Source: Chlamydiota bacterium
GTDB lineage: Bacteria > Chlamydiota > Chlamydiia > Chlamydiales > SM23-39
Length of the DNA stretch: 64,000 nt
Assembly (NCBI GenBank): GCA_038534095.1
Contig: JBCAXK010000002.1
Coordinates: forward strand, 1-64,000
Direction of reading: 5' to 3'
Notes under the pieces: generated by a model
What the model was told of the DNA's origin: nothing
Databases searched by the model: none
What the model saw: the letters and a program-made list of their open reading frames with translations, nothing else
Made by a program: the position numbers and the translations under genes
Shown: positions 48,509-57,963 of the stretch, piece after piece
Numbering within the stretch: position 1 is the stretch's first letter
Layout of the letters: every line of letters begins with the position of its first letter

Positions 48509-49528
48509 GGATTTTGGAGAGGAGCCTGCCCACGCCTCCCAAGGGAAGGTTTGGAGACGTTGGATGATGGTTTTCGGAGATTTTTCTTTGATGATGAGCT
48601 CTTTTAAGGCAGAAGTATTGCCAAATCTAGATAAGTAACGGAGAAACCAGCTTCCTACCCTACGCATGTCTAAGAGCGCTTTTTTATCACTTTGGTAGGA
48701 TACAATTTCTTCAAAGTGCTCGAGCATCACCCCTTTCACAGTTAGAATATCTGGAGACTGGTAATGGCCTTTTCGAACGTAGTCGAGAATTTGACCAGCG
48801 ATCCATGGCTGACCCATCGTTCCTCTAGCAATCAAAATCCCATCAGAGGAAGTCTCTTCAAGCATCATCTCGGCACTTTCTGGATCAAAAATATCTCCAT
48901 TTGCAAATACTTTGATCGTATTTGCCACCTTTTTTGCCTCTCGAATGGGAGAGTAGGCTGCCTTGCCTTTGTACCCCTGCTCCCTGGTTCTTCCGTGAAT
49001 GGTGATCACAGAAGCGCCCGCTTCTTCAGCAATTTTTGTAATGATCGGAGCATTGATTGAGCGCTCATCCCATCCTGCTCGAATTTTCACGCTTACAGGG
49101 AGGTGCGTGCTTGAGGTCATCTCATGAATGAGTTCCCCAATCTTTTTGGGGCACTTGAGAAGCGCTGATCCGCTACCATCTTTTGTGATTTTATCGACAG
49201 GACAACCACAGTTCAAGTCGATCCAATCAAAACCCAAATCTTCTAGGATCGAGCAAGAATCTCTTACGTACTCTTTTTTTGATCCACAAATTTGCGCCCC
49301 AATCGGATGCATCAATGCGTCGTAATCAAGTAGGCGGTAAGTAGCAGGCTCATGGCGCACTAAGGCGTCCATTTTCACCATTTGGCAAAAAAGAAGACCA
49401 GGTCTTTCAAAAGAGCGGGCCGCGATTTTACAAAACGGATAATCAGAGCATCCTGCTAAAGGGGCATAAAAAATTTTATTGTCTAATACGCAGTTTTTTA
49501 TAGAAAATGGTTTTACGATGTTTTTCAT
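48494..49528 (-). CDS. dusB: tRNA-dihydrouridine synthase
   Basis: APLAG, IDLNCGCP, GSGSALL, VSVKIRAG, IHGRT, NGDI, IARG. ATGA overlap with yggT. Confidence 0.92.
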   Translation of the reverse strand: MKNIVKPFSIKNCVLDNKIFYAPLAGCSDYPFCKIAARSFERPGLLFCQMVKMDALVRHEPATYRLLDYDALMHPIGAQICGSKKEYVRDSCSILEDLGFDWIDLNCGCPVDKITKDGSGSALLKCPKKIGELIHEMTSSTHLPVSVKIRAGWDERSINAPIITKIAEEAGASVITIHGRTREQGYKGKAAYSPIREAKKVANTIKVFANGDIFDPESAEMMLEETSSDGILIARGTMGQPWIAGQILDYVRKGHYQSPDILTVKGVMLEHFEEIVSYQSDKKALLDMRRVGSWFLRYLSRFGNTSALKELIIKEKSPKTIIQRLQTFPWEAWAGSSPKSLVSI

Positions 49529-49797
49529 AGACCGATCATGAAGTCTAAGCGCCAAACCAGGGATAAAAGCAGCGATTTTAGGAAGCCTAACATCAAAAAA
49601 GCGACTAGAACGCTAATATCGAGCATCCCTATAGGGGGGATGAACCTGCGAAAAAAACCGAGATAAGGCTCTGTATAGTGGTAAACAAAGTGCATGAAGT
49701 GGTGGCGCTGCAATTCTGGAATCCAAGAGGCAATCACCCGGATAAGGATCAATAAATAATAAACAGAAAAAGCTAGGTCAATAATTCGTACAAGCAT
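49525..49797 (-). CDS. yggT: YggT family membrane protein
   Basis: LILIRVIASW, TEPYL, RRFIPPIGMLDIS. Confidence 0.93.
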   Translation of the reverse strand: MLVRIIDLAFSVYYLLILIRVIASWIPELQRHHFMHFVYHYTEPYLGFFRRFIPPIGMLDISVLVAFLMLGFLKSLLLSLVWRLDFMIGL

Positions 49798-50060
49798 CGC
49801 AAATTTGTGGTGATTTTAGAGACGATTCTATCAAAAAAACAAAAAGAACAAAAGCGCTTGCTCAGACAATCTACCCGCAAATCCCACTCATTTTTAGAAA
49901 ACTAGCCAAAAATATCGAGCAGGAAATGCCTAGTCTTCCCTCCTAAAAAAGGCTATTTTTCCTTTGTTGAGCAAAAAAGAGTGTATAAACGGGGTAGAAG
50001 GGAGCAAAATTTTCTATTTTATCGTTCCAGGAAATAGACCCTACCGATAAAATCGGTTGA

Positions 50061-51572
50061 ATGAGTAGTTCTATGATTGGGATTCATAAAGATGGGAATA
50101 CTGTTTTTTTCGTAAAGCTACGAAAAAGAAAACAACGCTTTATGATAGAAACTCTCTTTTCCTCTTCGGAAGGGAACGTAAAACGGATGGCTTTTTCGGA
50201 AGGGAAAGAAATCGTTTCTGGAGTCGACGCTAAAGATGTTCTCATCAAAGCCATTGATCTTACCATTCCCTCAAAGCGATCTTGGAAACACCTCCTCAAT
50301 TACCAAGTAGAATCACTCCACTTTTTTCCGCCAAATGAGGTATTTTCTCTCACAATTCTACGGAAAGAGGCTCCCCCTTCCCGTTTGCAAGCAACCTGTT
50401 TCACCACCACGAAAAAACACTTAAGTCATCTCATCGAGGAGTGGAAAGACCTTGAGCTTGAGCCGAGTTATATCTCTACCGTACCCAACGCTCTTCTCCG
50501 TTACGCAGAATACTACTACTCATTAGAAGGATCGTATTGCATCATGCACTTGGGGTTAAAACAGACCACTTGCGTATTTGTAGACCGTAAAATTGTAGAA
50601 AAATCCCACTCCTTTCCCATAGGTATTTCCTCTCTATTAGAAGGGGCTAGAGAAAGCGGTTATGCCTCGTTAGAAGCGATCGACTTTTCTCGAGAAGGTA
50701 ACGCTGTGGTGGAGCCTGTATTTGCAAAAATGCAGCTGCTCACAAGCTCATTGCATCAAGCCTTCTCTTCGTTTGCCCTTAGCAAGAAAGTTCCTTTGCT
50801 TCTTACAGGACAAACGACCTTAGCGCCAAAAGTCACAAAGCATTTGCAAAAACGGCTCGATACGTTTGTCAGCGATTTCCTTCCAGAAGTTCCTGAGGAA
50901 AAAGAGCGGCCTGACCTTAGAAAATATGCGATCAGCATAGGGCTGATTTTCGATGTATTACAAAAAGATGAACGGTCCTTGGAATTTCGGAAGAATGAGC
51001 TCATCCCCTTGCGGTTTGTGAAAAACCGTTTTTGGGCAGTAGCTAGCTATCTCTTCCTTTTTTGCGCGCTTTTTGGAGGCAGCTACTCCAACATCTCATC
51101 GTACTTAGAAAAAAAAGAAGAGCGGATCACAAAATTTGTGAAAAAACATCTGGAAGAAGATCAAACGCTCTCGTCTAGAAGCGTTTCAATCTCTCAAAAC
51201 ACTCTTCAAGGTACGTTGGATCATTGGCGCTCGACTTTGGCAAAAGAGACAAAACCGCTCCCCTTCGGTAAGCCCTATCCCAAAGTATCTTCCGTTCTTT
51301 CTTGGATCCAACAAGTCCTTGCCGAAAAAAATGCCTTTCTCCACAACTTTTCTTTTTTGGTGCATGAAAGGCCCCATAAGAAAGCCCCCTCGAAACCCTA
51401 CTCTGTCCAAATAGAAGCGGAGATACAAACCCTTTCTCAAGAAGCTAAAGAATCCTTGCGCACGTTTTTTCTGACAGAATGCTCTCGAGTAGACCCAGAA
51501 AAACCGATCTCTTTTACCGAAGAGGGAAAGAGATGCAAGGTGAGCTTTTACCTAAAAGGGGAAACGTTATGA
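50061..51572 (+). CDS. Conserved hypothetical protein with PilM/GspL-like architecture
   Basis: Actin-fold-like segments (IGIHKDG, IMHLGLKQTTCVFV, LLLTG), one TM segment near residue 325-345, periplasmic C-terminal domain. Confidence 0.55.
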   Translation: MSSSMIGIHKDGNTVFFVKLRKRKQRFMIETLFSSSEGNVKRMAFSEGKEIVSGVDAKDVLIKAIDLTIPSKRSWKHLLNYQVESLHFFPPNEVFSLTILRKEAPPSRLQATCFTTTKKHLSHLIEEWKDLELEPSYISTVPNALLRYAEYYYSLEGSYCIMHLGLKQTTCVFVDRKIVEKSHSFPIGISSLLEGARESGYASLEAIDFSREGNAVVEPVFAKMQLLTSSLHQAFSSFALSKKVPLLLTGQTTLAPKVTKHLQKRLDTFVSDFLPEVPEEKERPDLRKYAISIGLIFDVLQKDERSLEFRKNELIPLRFVKNRFWAVASYLFLFCALFGGSYSNISSYLEKKEERITKFVKKHLEEDQTLSSRSVSISQNTLQGTLDHWRSTLAKETKPLPFGKPYPKVSSVLSWIQQVLAEKNAFLHNFSFLVHERPHKKAPSKPYSVQIEAEIQTLSQEAKESLRTFFLTECSRVDPEKPISFTEEGKRCKVSFYLKGETL

Positions 51573-52189
51573 TCACTCTTTTAGGGAAATTCTGGATGAA
51601 GCCTTGGGGATGGATCTCAACATTTGCCTTTACCTGGCTCATGTTTTTCGGACTACTCTTTACCGGTTATTGGAAATACGCCCGTCTTGTAGAACAAGAA
51701 ACCATGGCATTTCTCGTCGTAGAAAAAGCGATCCGCACCTTACCAAGGAGGCAGGAAAACCGGGAGTTTGTTCTCAAATACAGAGCAGCTAAAGCGGACT
51801 TTGTAGAAGAGAGGCTCTCTTCTTTACCCCTTTTATCCAAGGAGGCATCTTGGACGCAAAGAGCTTCTTCTCATAGTATCTTTTGTCAGGAACCAAACGT
51901 GGAACAAGCAAAACAGCTGTTAAAAAATAATGCGCTCTCCTATCAGCGTAAAGCTGTCCCGAGCTTATCTAGCGTAAAAGAAACGTTTTTCGTACAAAAA
52001 AATCTGGTCCATGTAAACTTTTCTGATCTTGCTCAGATTCTTGCTACTGTAGAAAGTCTTGGATATGGGGAAGAAAAGCCGCAACTTCTATTTACAAAGC
52101 TGCGCCTTACGTTCGAAGAAAAGGGGCTGTTTCCCTACTTTACTCTCGATACTGAGCTATTACAAAGAGAACTTTCCCCCGCAAGATGA
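51569..52189 (+). CDS. Hypothetical bitopic membrane protein (GspM/PilO-like topology)
   Basis: ATG 51569 overlaps the upstream stop; N-terminal TM segment, helical stalk, beta-rich C-terminus. Confidence 0.55.
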   Translation: MITLLGKFWMKPWGWISTFAFTWLMFFGLLFTGYWKYARLVEQETMAFLVVEKAIRTLPRRQENREFVLKYRAAKADFVEERLSSLPLLSKEASWTQRASSHSIFCQEPNVEQAKQLLKNNALSYQRKAVPSLSSVKETFFVQKNLVHVNFSDLAQILATVESLGYGEEKPQLLFTKLRLTFEEKGLFPYFTLDTELLQRELSPAR

Positions 52190-53466
52190 TGAACCATTTT
52201 CTCCTTTTTCTCTGTATCTTAGGTTTTTTCACCAGCTGCTCTCCAAAAGGAGAGGAAGAAATTGTCTTGATCCAAGTGAAAGAGCATGATGGATCGCTCC
52301 AAACGTTCAATGAAAAAAAGCGCCTAGAAAAATTTGCCTCGATTGACTACCTCTCTCCACAACCCTATAGCCAAGTTCTTCGGGTATTTCGGAAAAACTT
52401 GGAGGATAAGGGGCGCTCTATTCTCACTTCCTACCACCCAAATGGGCAAATCAAACAATGTATGGAGGGGATCGACTCGGTGGCTAAAGGCCCCTACTAC
52501 GAATGGCACGCGAATGGGAATAAGAAAATTGAAGCACGAGTCATCGGAGGAGCCTTTGATCTTCATTACGCATCGCAGCAACATTGGTTATTTGATGGAA
52601 TCTCTAAAGTGTGGGACGAAGAGGGCCGCCTTCTTGCAGAAATTGCTTATGATATGGGCATGTTGCATGGAGAGTCGAAGTATTATTACCAAAATGGACA
52701 GCTAAAAACACGGATCCCCTACAAAAAACGGCGCGTTCATGGGGCTATTTGCCTCTACTACCCAAACGGTCACCTGCAAAAAAAAACGTATTACCAGCAT
52801 GGGAAAAAACATGGTTCGTCTCTAGGATACTGGGAAAATGAGGAGCCCTCACTCTTTGAAGAGTATGCAGAAGATCGGCTGCTCAATGCGATCTACTATG
52901 ATCAAAAAGGCACAGTCGTCTCCCAGGTGGAAAATGGCTACGGTTTTCAAGCAGAATTTTCCGGAGATTTTTTATCCCAAAAAGTTGAGTACCAAGAGGG
53001 AATTCCCGAAGGTTGCGTGATTCTGTACGCCTCTTGTGGAAAAGTTACAGGAAAGTACCACCAAAAAGAGGGAAAAAAACACGGAACAGAAACGCTATTT
53101 TATCCTATGAAAGGAGCAGATAGTCTTGAGCCACAGATCAAGCTCTCGGTCGATTGGGATGATGACACAATCCATGGATTTGTCAAAACCTGGTACCCAA
53201 ATGGAAAAATGGAGAGCCAAAAAGAGTATTACAGAAATCAGAAAAATGGGACCTGTTTTGCCTGGTATCAAGATGGGAGTCTCATGCTGATCGAAGAGTA
53301 TGAAAAAGACCTCTTGCAAGAAGGAGCGTATTACAAAGCGCAGCACCAAGCCCCCTTATCAAAAGTGACCGAGGGAGAAGGAATAGCTACCCTTTTTGAT
53401 GGAGAGTCGTTCGCTTTCTTACGAAAAATCGTTTACGCGCGGGGAAAACCGGTCGAAAACCCTTAA
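52186..53466 (+). CDS. MORN-variant (YwqK-like) repeat lipoprotein
   Basis: Lipobox-like FFTSC; repeated YxxG..HG....YYxNG motifs. Confidence 0.8.
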   Translation: MMNHFLLFLCILGFFTSCSPKGEEEIVLIQVKEHDGSLQTFNEKKRLEKFASIDYLSPQPYSQVLRVFRKNLEDKGRSILTSYHPNGQIKQCMEGIDSVAKGPYYEWHANGNKKIEARVIGGAFDLHYASQQHWLFDGISKVWDEEGRLLAEIAYDMGMLHGESKYYYQNGQLKTRIPYKKRRVHGAICLYYPNGHLQKKTYYQHGKKHGSSLGYWENEEPSLFEEYAEDRLLNAIYYDQKGTVVSQVENGYGFQAEFSGDFLSQKVEYQEGIPEGCVILYASCGKVTGKYHQKEGKKHGTETLFYPMKGADSLEPQIKLSVDWDDDTIHGFVKTWYPNGKMESQKEYYRNQKNGTCFAWYQDGSLMLIEEYEKDLLQEGAYYKAQHQAPLSKVTEGEGIATLFDGESFAFLRKIVYARGKPVENP

Positions 53467-53478
53467 GTCTCTCGCTAT

Positions 53479-53898
53479 TTATTTGCGCCTCGGTGGAGAA
53501 GAGCTTCTGTTCTGCTCCTTACTCCTTTTTCCATTGCACGAATAACTTCCTGGGCAAAGCGTCGCCTGAACATAATCTCCCGAATTCACATTCCTACAAA
53601 TTGAAAAATACTCCCCGTTAGGACATTTCCAAACAACGGTATAGGGAGTCACCGACTGACTGTAATTATTGGGAATCGAAAGCTTGGTGGCTTTTCTCTC
53701 CGACTCACGGCTATTTCCCGCGGGAGGGAGCGTTTCTTGTCCAAGAAACAGGCCCGAATTCGAGTGCACCACAGCGGTCAACACAAAAGGGGAATCGTTT
53801 TCTAAAAAGATGGTCGCTCCGAAAAGAGCGTTCGTAAAAAACAAGGTAGAAATCCCTAAAAATAGGGCGTAGTTCTGAAAATATGGGATAAAAAACAC
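53479..53898 (-). CDS. Small exported cysteine-containing hypothetical protein
   Basis: GTG 53898 after GAGAGG; signal peptide ending ALFGA; four Cys in the C-half. Confidence 0.65.
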   Translation of the reverse strand: MFFIPYFQNYALFLGISTLFFTNALFGATIFLENDSPFVLTAVVHSNSGLFLGQETLPPAGNSRESERKATKLSIPNNYSQSVTPYTVVWKCPNGEYFSICRNVNSGDYVQATLCPGSYSCNGKRSKEQNRSSSPPRRK

Positions 53899-54001
53899 GA
53901 CAATCCTCTCTTTCTCTATTTCTCCTATAAATTTATTTTGCAAAAAAGGAAAGTAAAGAACTATTCTTACTTCCAGCCCTAATTTATGGAGTTGCAAGAA
54001 T

Positions 54002-55018
54002 ATGCACCGGAGTCTCTACCGGATGATCCATTTCTCCCTTCTACTTTTCAGCTTCCCTTTGATCGGAAGTTTGGAAACGAAGACAGCAGATCCATCTTGC
54101 TTAAGAGATGGTTGGAACGCCCCTGCGCAGTTTGATCAAGGAGATCTCGGCGGATATCTGACTAAGACTTTCCTGATCTGGAAAGTCGAGGGTGACTCTA
54201 CTGCTCCAGGTGTTGTGGTCCTTGGCTCGGGAGCAGAAGAAATTCTCTTAGAAAAAGAGTACCGACTCGGTTTTCATCTAGGAGGGGGCTACCACTTGCC
54301 TTATGGCAATTGGCAGATCGAACTCGGCTACTCCTATCTCCCAATGAAAGCAACTTCCCAAGAGGTGCAAAGCGACTCTTCTGCGGAAGAAATCGCGCCG
54401 TTTTGGGCAAAAAAGAGCCAAGACGCCCCCTCTTTCCTATCGGAAAACAGCGTCTGGACATTCTCTGCCCAAAGCGTCACCGCCTCACTTCTTCGGCGCT
54501 ACTACGTGGGCCAAAAACTCCTTGTTGCGTTAGAAACTGGATTAAGATCTTGGATTGTACAGCAAAATTATGACGCGAAGTACGCAGGCGTAAATGCCCA
54601 TCTAGAAACCCATTCCAAGGCGCATCTTTGGAACCTTGGGCCAAGAACATCGCTCCATTCTGACTGGTTTATTGGATCGGGACTGCGCTTTTTTGGTCAT
54701 ATCGGCGGCTCAATTGGTTATACAAAAGCAGGAATCGATCACCTTGAGACAAAAGACGAAAACGCTACCTTATTTTCTCTAAGCGACGAGCGCCCTTTTC
54801 TCGCTCCGACAAGCGAAATAGGAGTTGGTCTTGGTTGGGGGGCTTCTTTTCTAGAACGCGGCTTACATCTAGATGCCTCTCTTCGTTATGATCTCTTTGT
54901 TTTGTACGGACAAAATGTGATGAAATCCCTCCTTGAGCCCTTTGTAGAAAATTTTTCTCGTGGGAGCTATGATGTCTATTTGCACGGATTTTCGTTGATG
55001 GTTAGGAGTGATTTTTGA
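54002..55018 (+). CDS. MOMP-like (Lpg1974/Legionella MOMP family) porin 1
   Basis: Signal peptide, amphipathic beta strands, LGPR motif, C-terminal YLHGFSLMVRSDF. Confidence 0.8.
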   Translation: MHRSLYRMIHFSLLLFSFPLIGSLETKTADPSCLRDGWNAPAQFDQGDLGGYLTKTFLIWKVEGDSTAPGVVVLGSGAEEILLEKEYRLGFHLGGGYHLPYGNWQIELGYSYLPMKATSQEVQSDSSAEEIAPFWAKKSQDAPSFLSENSVWTFSAQSVTASLLRRYYVGQKLLVALETGLRSWIVQQNYDAKYAGVNAHLETHSKAHLWNLGPRTSLHSDWFIGSGLRFFGHIGGSIGYTKAGIDHLETKDENATLFSLSDERPFLAPTSEIGVGLGWGASFLERGLHLDASLRYDLFVLYGQNVMKSLLEPFVENFSRGSYDVYLHGFSLMVRSDF

Positions 55019-56118
55019 AAAAGAAGGAGCCTACTTTCCGAGCGCACATGATCTACCTCTACGTACTTTTTAGCTTGCTTCTATGCCCTAGGGCGCAAGC
55101 CCAAGAAGAGTCTTTGATCCTTTCAAATCGCTGCCTCTTATTAGATCCTGAGTACTCTGCGCAAGAAGATTGGATTCCAGGATACAACAAACCAGCCAAT
55201 ATCGATGTTTGGAGCGATTACGACAAGCTGTTTACGAGCGGATCTTTTCTCTATTTTCAAGCCATTGAAGATGGCCTTGCTTTAGGCCTACTGCAACCGA
55301 GTGCACAGACCCTATTTGACCAGAGTCCAAACAGCTCCCTTCTAACCATAGAGTTTCCCTTTCAGCCTGGTTTCCGGGTCGGGTTGGGACTCCACCTAGG
55401 CGATCGAGATTGGGATTTTTATGCGGAATATACCTGGTTTCGGCAGCAAGAAGCTTCCGCTTTTTCCGCTCCAAGTGGAGGGAGCATTGAGCCTTTATGG
55501 CTTTACGATCTTGTGTCCGAGGAACCAGCTACCTCCGCTATTAGCGACTGGCACCTTAGTCTAGATATGATCGATGGAGAGCTTGGCACTTCCTACTACC
55601 TCTCTGCAGAAAATGTCGTACGCCCTTTTTGGGGATCGCGCCTTGCCTGGATCTCCCAAACTTTTTCTCCTGCTTATACGATTTCTGGAGAAACGGTGGA
55701 GGCGCGCAATAAGATCCGTTCTTGGGGTCTGGGCTTAAGAGCGGGCGTCGATACAGAGTGGCACGTCGGCCCAAACACAAAACTGCTTGCCAATGGCGCT
55801 TTTTCCAGCCTTTACACCCACTACAAACTATCGGTAGAACAACAAAGCTTTGAAAACCCTCAGCAAACAGCTATTGCAACATATGAAACTCCCGATTACC
55901 TACGTCCTCAATACGAATCTGCGTTCGGGCTTGCTTGGGGCAACTATTTGTTCAACAGCCTTTGCCACTTTGAGATCCGAGCTTTGTACGAACTGCACGT
56001 GTTCTGGAATCAAAATATTTTTGGATCGGCTTTTGGGGGCATTGTCAATCGCTCCGCAAAAGGCTCCACAAATTTGTACTTACACGGCTTAACCGTCAAG
56101 ATGCGACTCGATTTTTAG
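55015..56118 (+). CDS. MOMP-like porin 2
   Basis: YNKPA, GSFLYFQA, PGFRVGLG, WGLGLRAG, C-terminal LYLHGLTVKMRLDF. Start may be ATG 55048. Confidence 0.85.
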   Translation: MKKKEPTFRAHMIYLYVLFSLLLCPRAQAQEESLILSNRCLLLDPEYSAQEDWIPGYNKPANIDVWSDYDKLFTSGSFLYFQAIEDGLALGLLQPSAQTLFDQSPNSSLLTIEFPFQPGFRVGLGLHLGDRDWDFYAEYTWFRQQEASAFSAPSGGSIEPLWLYDLVSEEPATSAISDWHLSLDMIDGELGTSYYLSAENVVRPFWGSRLAWISQTFSPAYTISGETVEARNKIRSWGLGLRAGVDTEWHVGPNTKLLANGAFSSLYTHYKLSVEQQSFENPQQTAIATYETPDYLRPQYESAFGLAWGNYLFNSLCHFEIRALYELHVFWNQNIFGSAFGGIVNRSAKGSTNLYLHGLTVKMRLDF

Positions 56119-56131
56119 CAGGTATTTCCTT

Positions 56132-57151
56132 ATGCATTTCCACTTCCTACTCTGTTTTCTCCTCTTGGCAAGCTCTTTTGAAGGCCTTACTACAGACTTT
56201 CCTCAAGACTGTTTGAGCAACTACAACGCTCCCTATGAGGAGCAAGGAACCCTTCAGGGCCGCATTTCGGGATCATTCACCTACTGGCAACCGCTAGCAG
56301 AAGGGCTGGAAGTTGGGCTGATTTCTGCAAACGCCTCCTCTTTTACCCCTAGCAGCAAAAGCCGCGTTGTCCAAACCGACTTTTCTTACGAGCCAGGCCT
56401 GAAACTTTCCTTGGGATTAGGAGGCTTTCCCGATCACTGGGAAATGCTCCTAGGCTACACCTATTTTCGCTCTAGCTCTTCGACAAAAACATCGGTCTCG
56501 AACCAGCAAGGAATTTACACCAACCGATTTCAAGAAGCAAACGCCGTCTTTGCGAAAAGCCTAGTTTCGGTATGGAAAATGCGCCTACAATTCTTAGATC
56601 CAGCTCTTTCTCGTACCTTCTACGTAGGACGTCACCTTCTATTTACCCCCTCTCTTGGAGGAAGAGCCTACTTTTTGCGCCACGAGCTAAAAACCCAGTA
56701 TCAAGGAGGGGAGATCACAGCAAATCATGGGGAGGCTTCACAAGAAGCAAAATCCCGATCTTGGGGATTAGGACCCAAAATGGGTCTCCATACCCACTGG
56801 TTACTCCCTGCTGGATTCTCTTGTGAAGGGGGACTTTTCTATAGCATGGCTTTTACAAGATACCATATTGAAATCGAAGAAACGCCCACGTCCACAAATG
56901 CGCCTTTTGTATTCGATCAAGTAAACCGGACATTTCGTCCGATGTATGACCTCAATTTTGGGATTGAGTGGTCCTCTTCCTTTCCAGGCTCTTACGTCCA
57001 ATGTGGTTTTTCTTTGCTCTATGAGTTTTGTGTATTAAAGAACCAAAATGTTCTTTCAAACGTTTTATCAAGCCCACAATCCCGCCCTTTTAGCTCCCTA
57101 AATGATCTCTACTTACATGGACTCACGCTATCTGGGATCGCTAAGTTCTAA
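56132..57151 (+). CDS. MOMP-like porin 3
   Basis: YNAP, GSFTYWQP, PGLKLSLG, WGLGPKMG, C-terminal LYLHGLTLSGIAKF. Confidence 0.85.
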   Translation: MHFHFLLCFLLLASSFEGLTTDFPQDCLSNYNAPYEEQGTLQGRISGSFTYWQPLAEGLEVGLISANASSFTPSSKSRVVQTDFSYEPGLKLSLGLGGFPDHWEMLLGYTYFRSSSSTKTSVSNQQGIYTNRFQEANAVFAKSLVSVWKMRLQFLDPALSRTFYVGRHLLFTPSLGGRAYFLRHELKTQYQGGEITANHGEASQEAKSRSWGLGPKMGLHTHWLLPAGFSCEGGLFYSMAFTRYHIEIEETPTSTNAPFVFDQVNRTFRPMYDLNFGIEWSSSFPGSYVQCGFSLLYEFCVLKNQNVLSNVLSSPQSRPFSSLNDLYLHGLTLSGIAKF

Positions 57152-57309
57152 AGTCAAAAGTACAAGGGTCCCTTAAAGATCCCAAAGTCCCACGGTCATG
57201 AGGATGCTCTCTATGAACACAAACTTGGTCCATAAAAATCGCTGGCCTCTCTTCAAGCCAAACCCTCAGAAGACCACCAACCATTACGAAAAAGGGCCAC
57301 AAGGCGCAT

Positions 57310-57624
57310 TTAGCGCCATCTCGGTAACCTTGCAGCTTTTGCCTTCATGGCTTGCATTTCTCGGGAAGTGTATATAGGTTCTTGATGGGTAAAATAGGCA
57401 GCAGCCAAAAAAGAAATAACTGCGATAACGCCACAAAGCACTTTTGTAGGCTTGCTTGTAGAGCTCGCGCGCACAGACATCGCAATAATTCCAGTTAACA
57501 CTGAAGCGTGCAAGCAATCCTTTAGCTGCTTTACGCGCTTTATGCATTTGTACGCGTTAAAGGATTCAATCATCTCCTGATCGGAAAGAGAGTGATGGTT
57601 TTGATTTGAACCTAAAGCTATCAT
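57310..57624 (-). CDS. Small hypothetical protein with a bilobed hydrophobic segment (Inc-like)
   Basis: 104 aa; two hydrophobic lobes separated by RASSTSKPTK; AT-rich upstream region with AAGG RBS. Confidence 0.65.
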   Translation of the reverse strand: MIALGSNQNHHSLSDQEMIESFNAYKCIKRVKQLKDCLHASVLTGIIAMSVRASSTSKPTKVLCGVIAVISFLAAAYFTHQEPIYTSREMQAMKAKAARLPRWR

Positions 57625-57963
57625 ATTTTTACCTTAATAATTTTTTAAAAAAAATTCTTCAGATTAATATTATCTGAAAACAAAGATTAACAAAATATAA
57701 ACATTAAAAAAAAGGAGAAACAAGATGTTATTATTAAAAATTCACCAGATAAAGCGGCCAAGCAACTGAGTAGATATCTTCTGTTTTCTCCTGACTGCAG
57801 GCTTTTTTATAGGAAAGAGTTACTTTTTACTTCCTTGTTCTAGCAAAAAGCTAAAATAAAGGTCTTTTTATTTTTTAACAAAAAAATTTTATTTATAAAT
57901 CATTTGGTTTTTTATCAAATTTTAAATAGATAAAAGCCATCCACTTAAAAGGAAAATACATTT

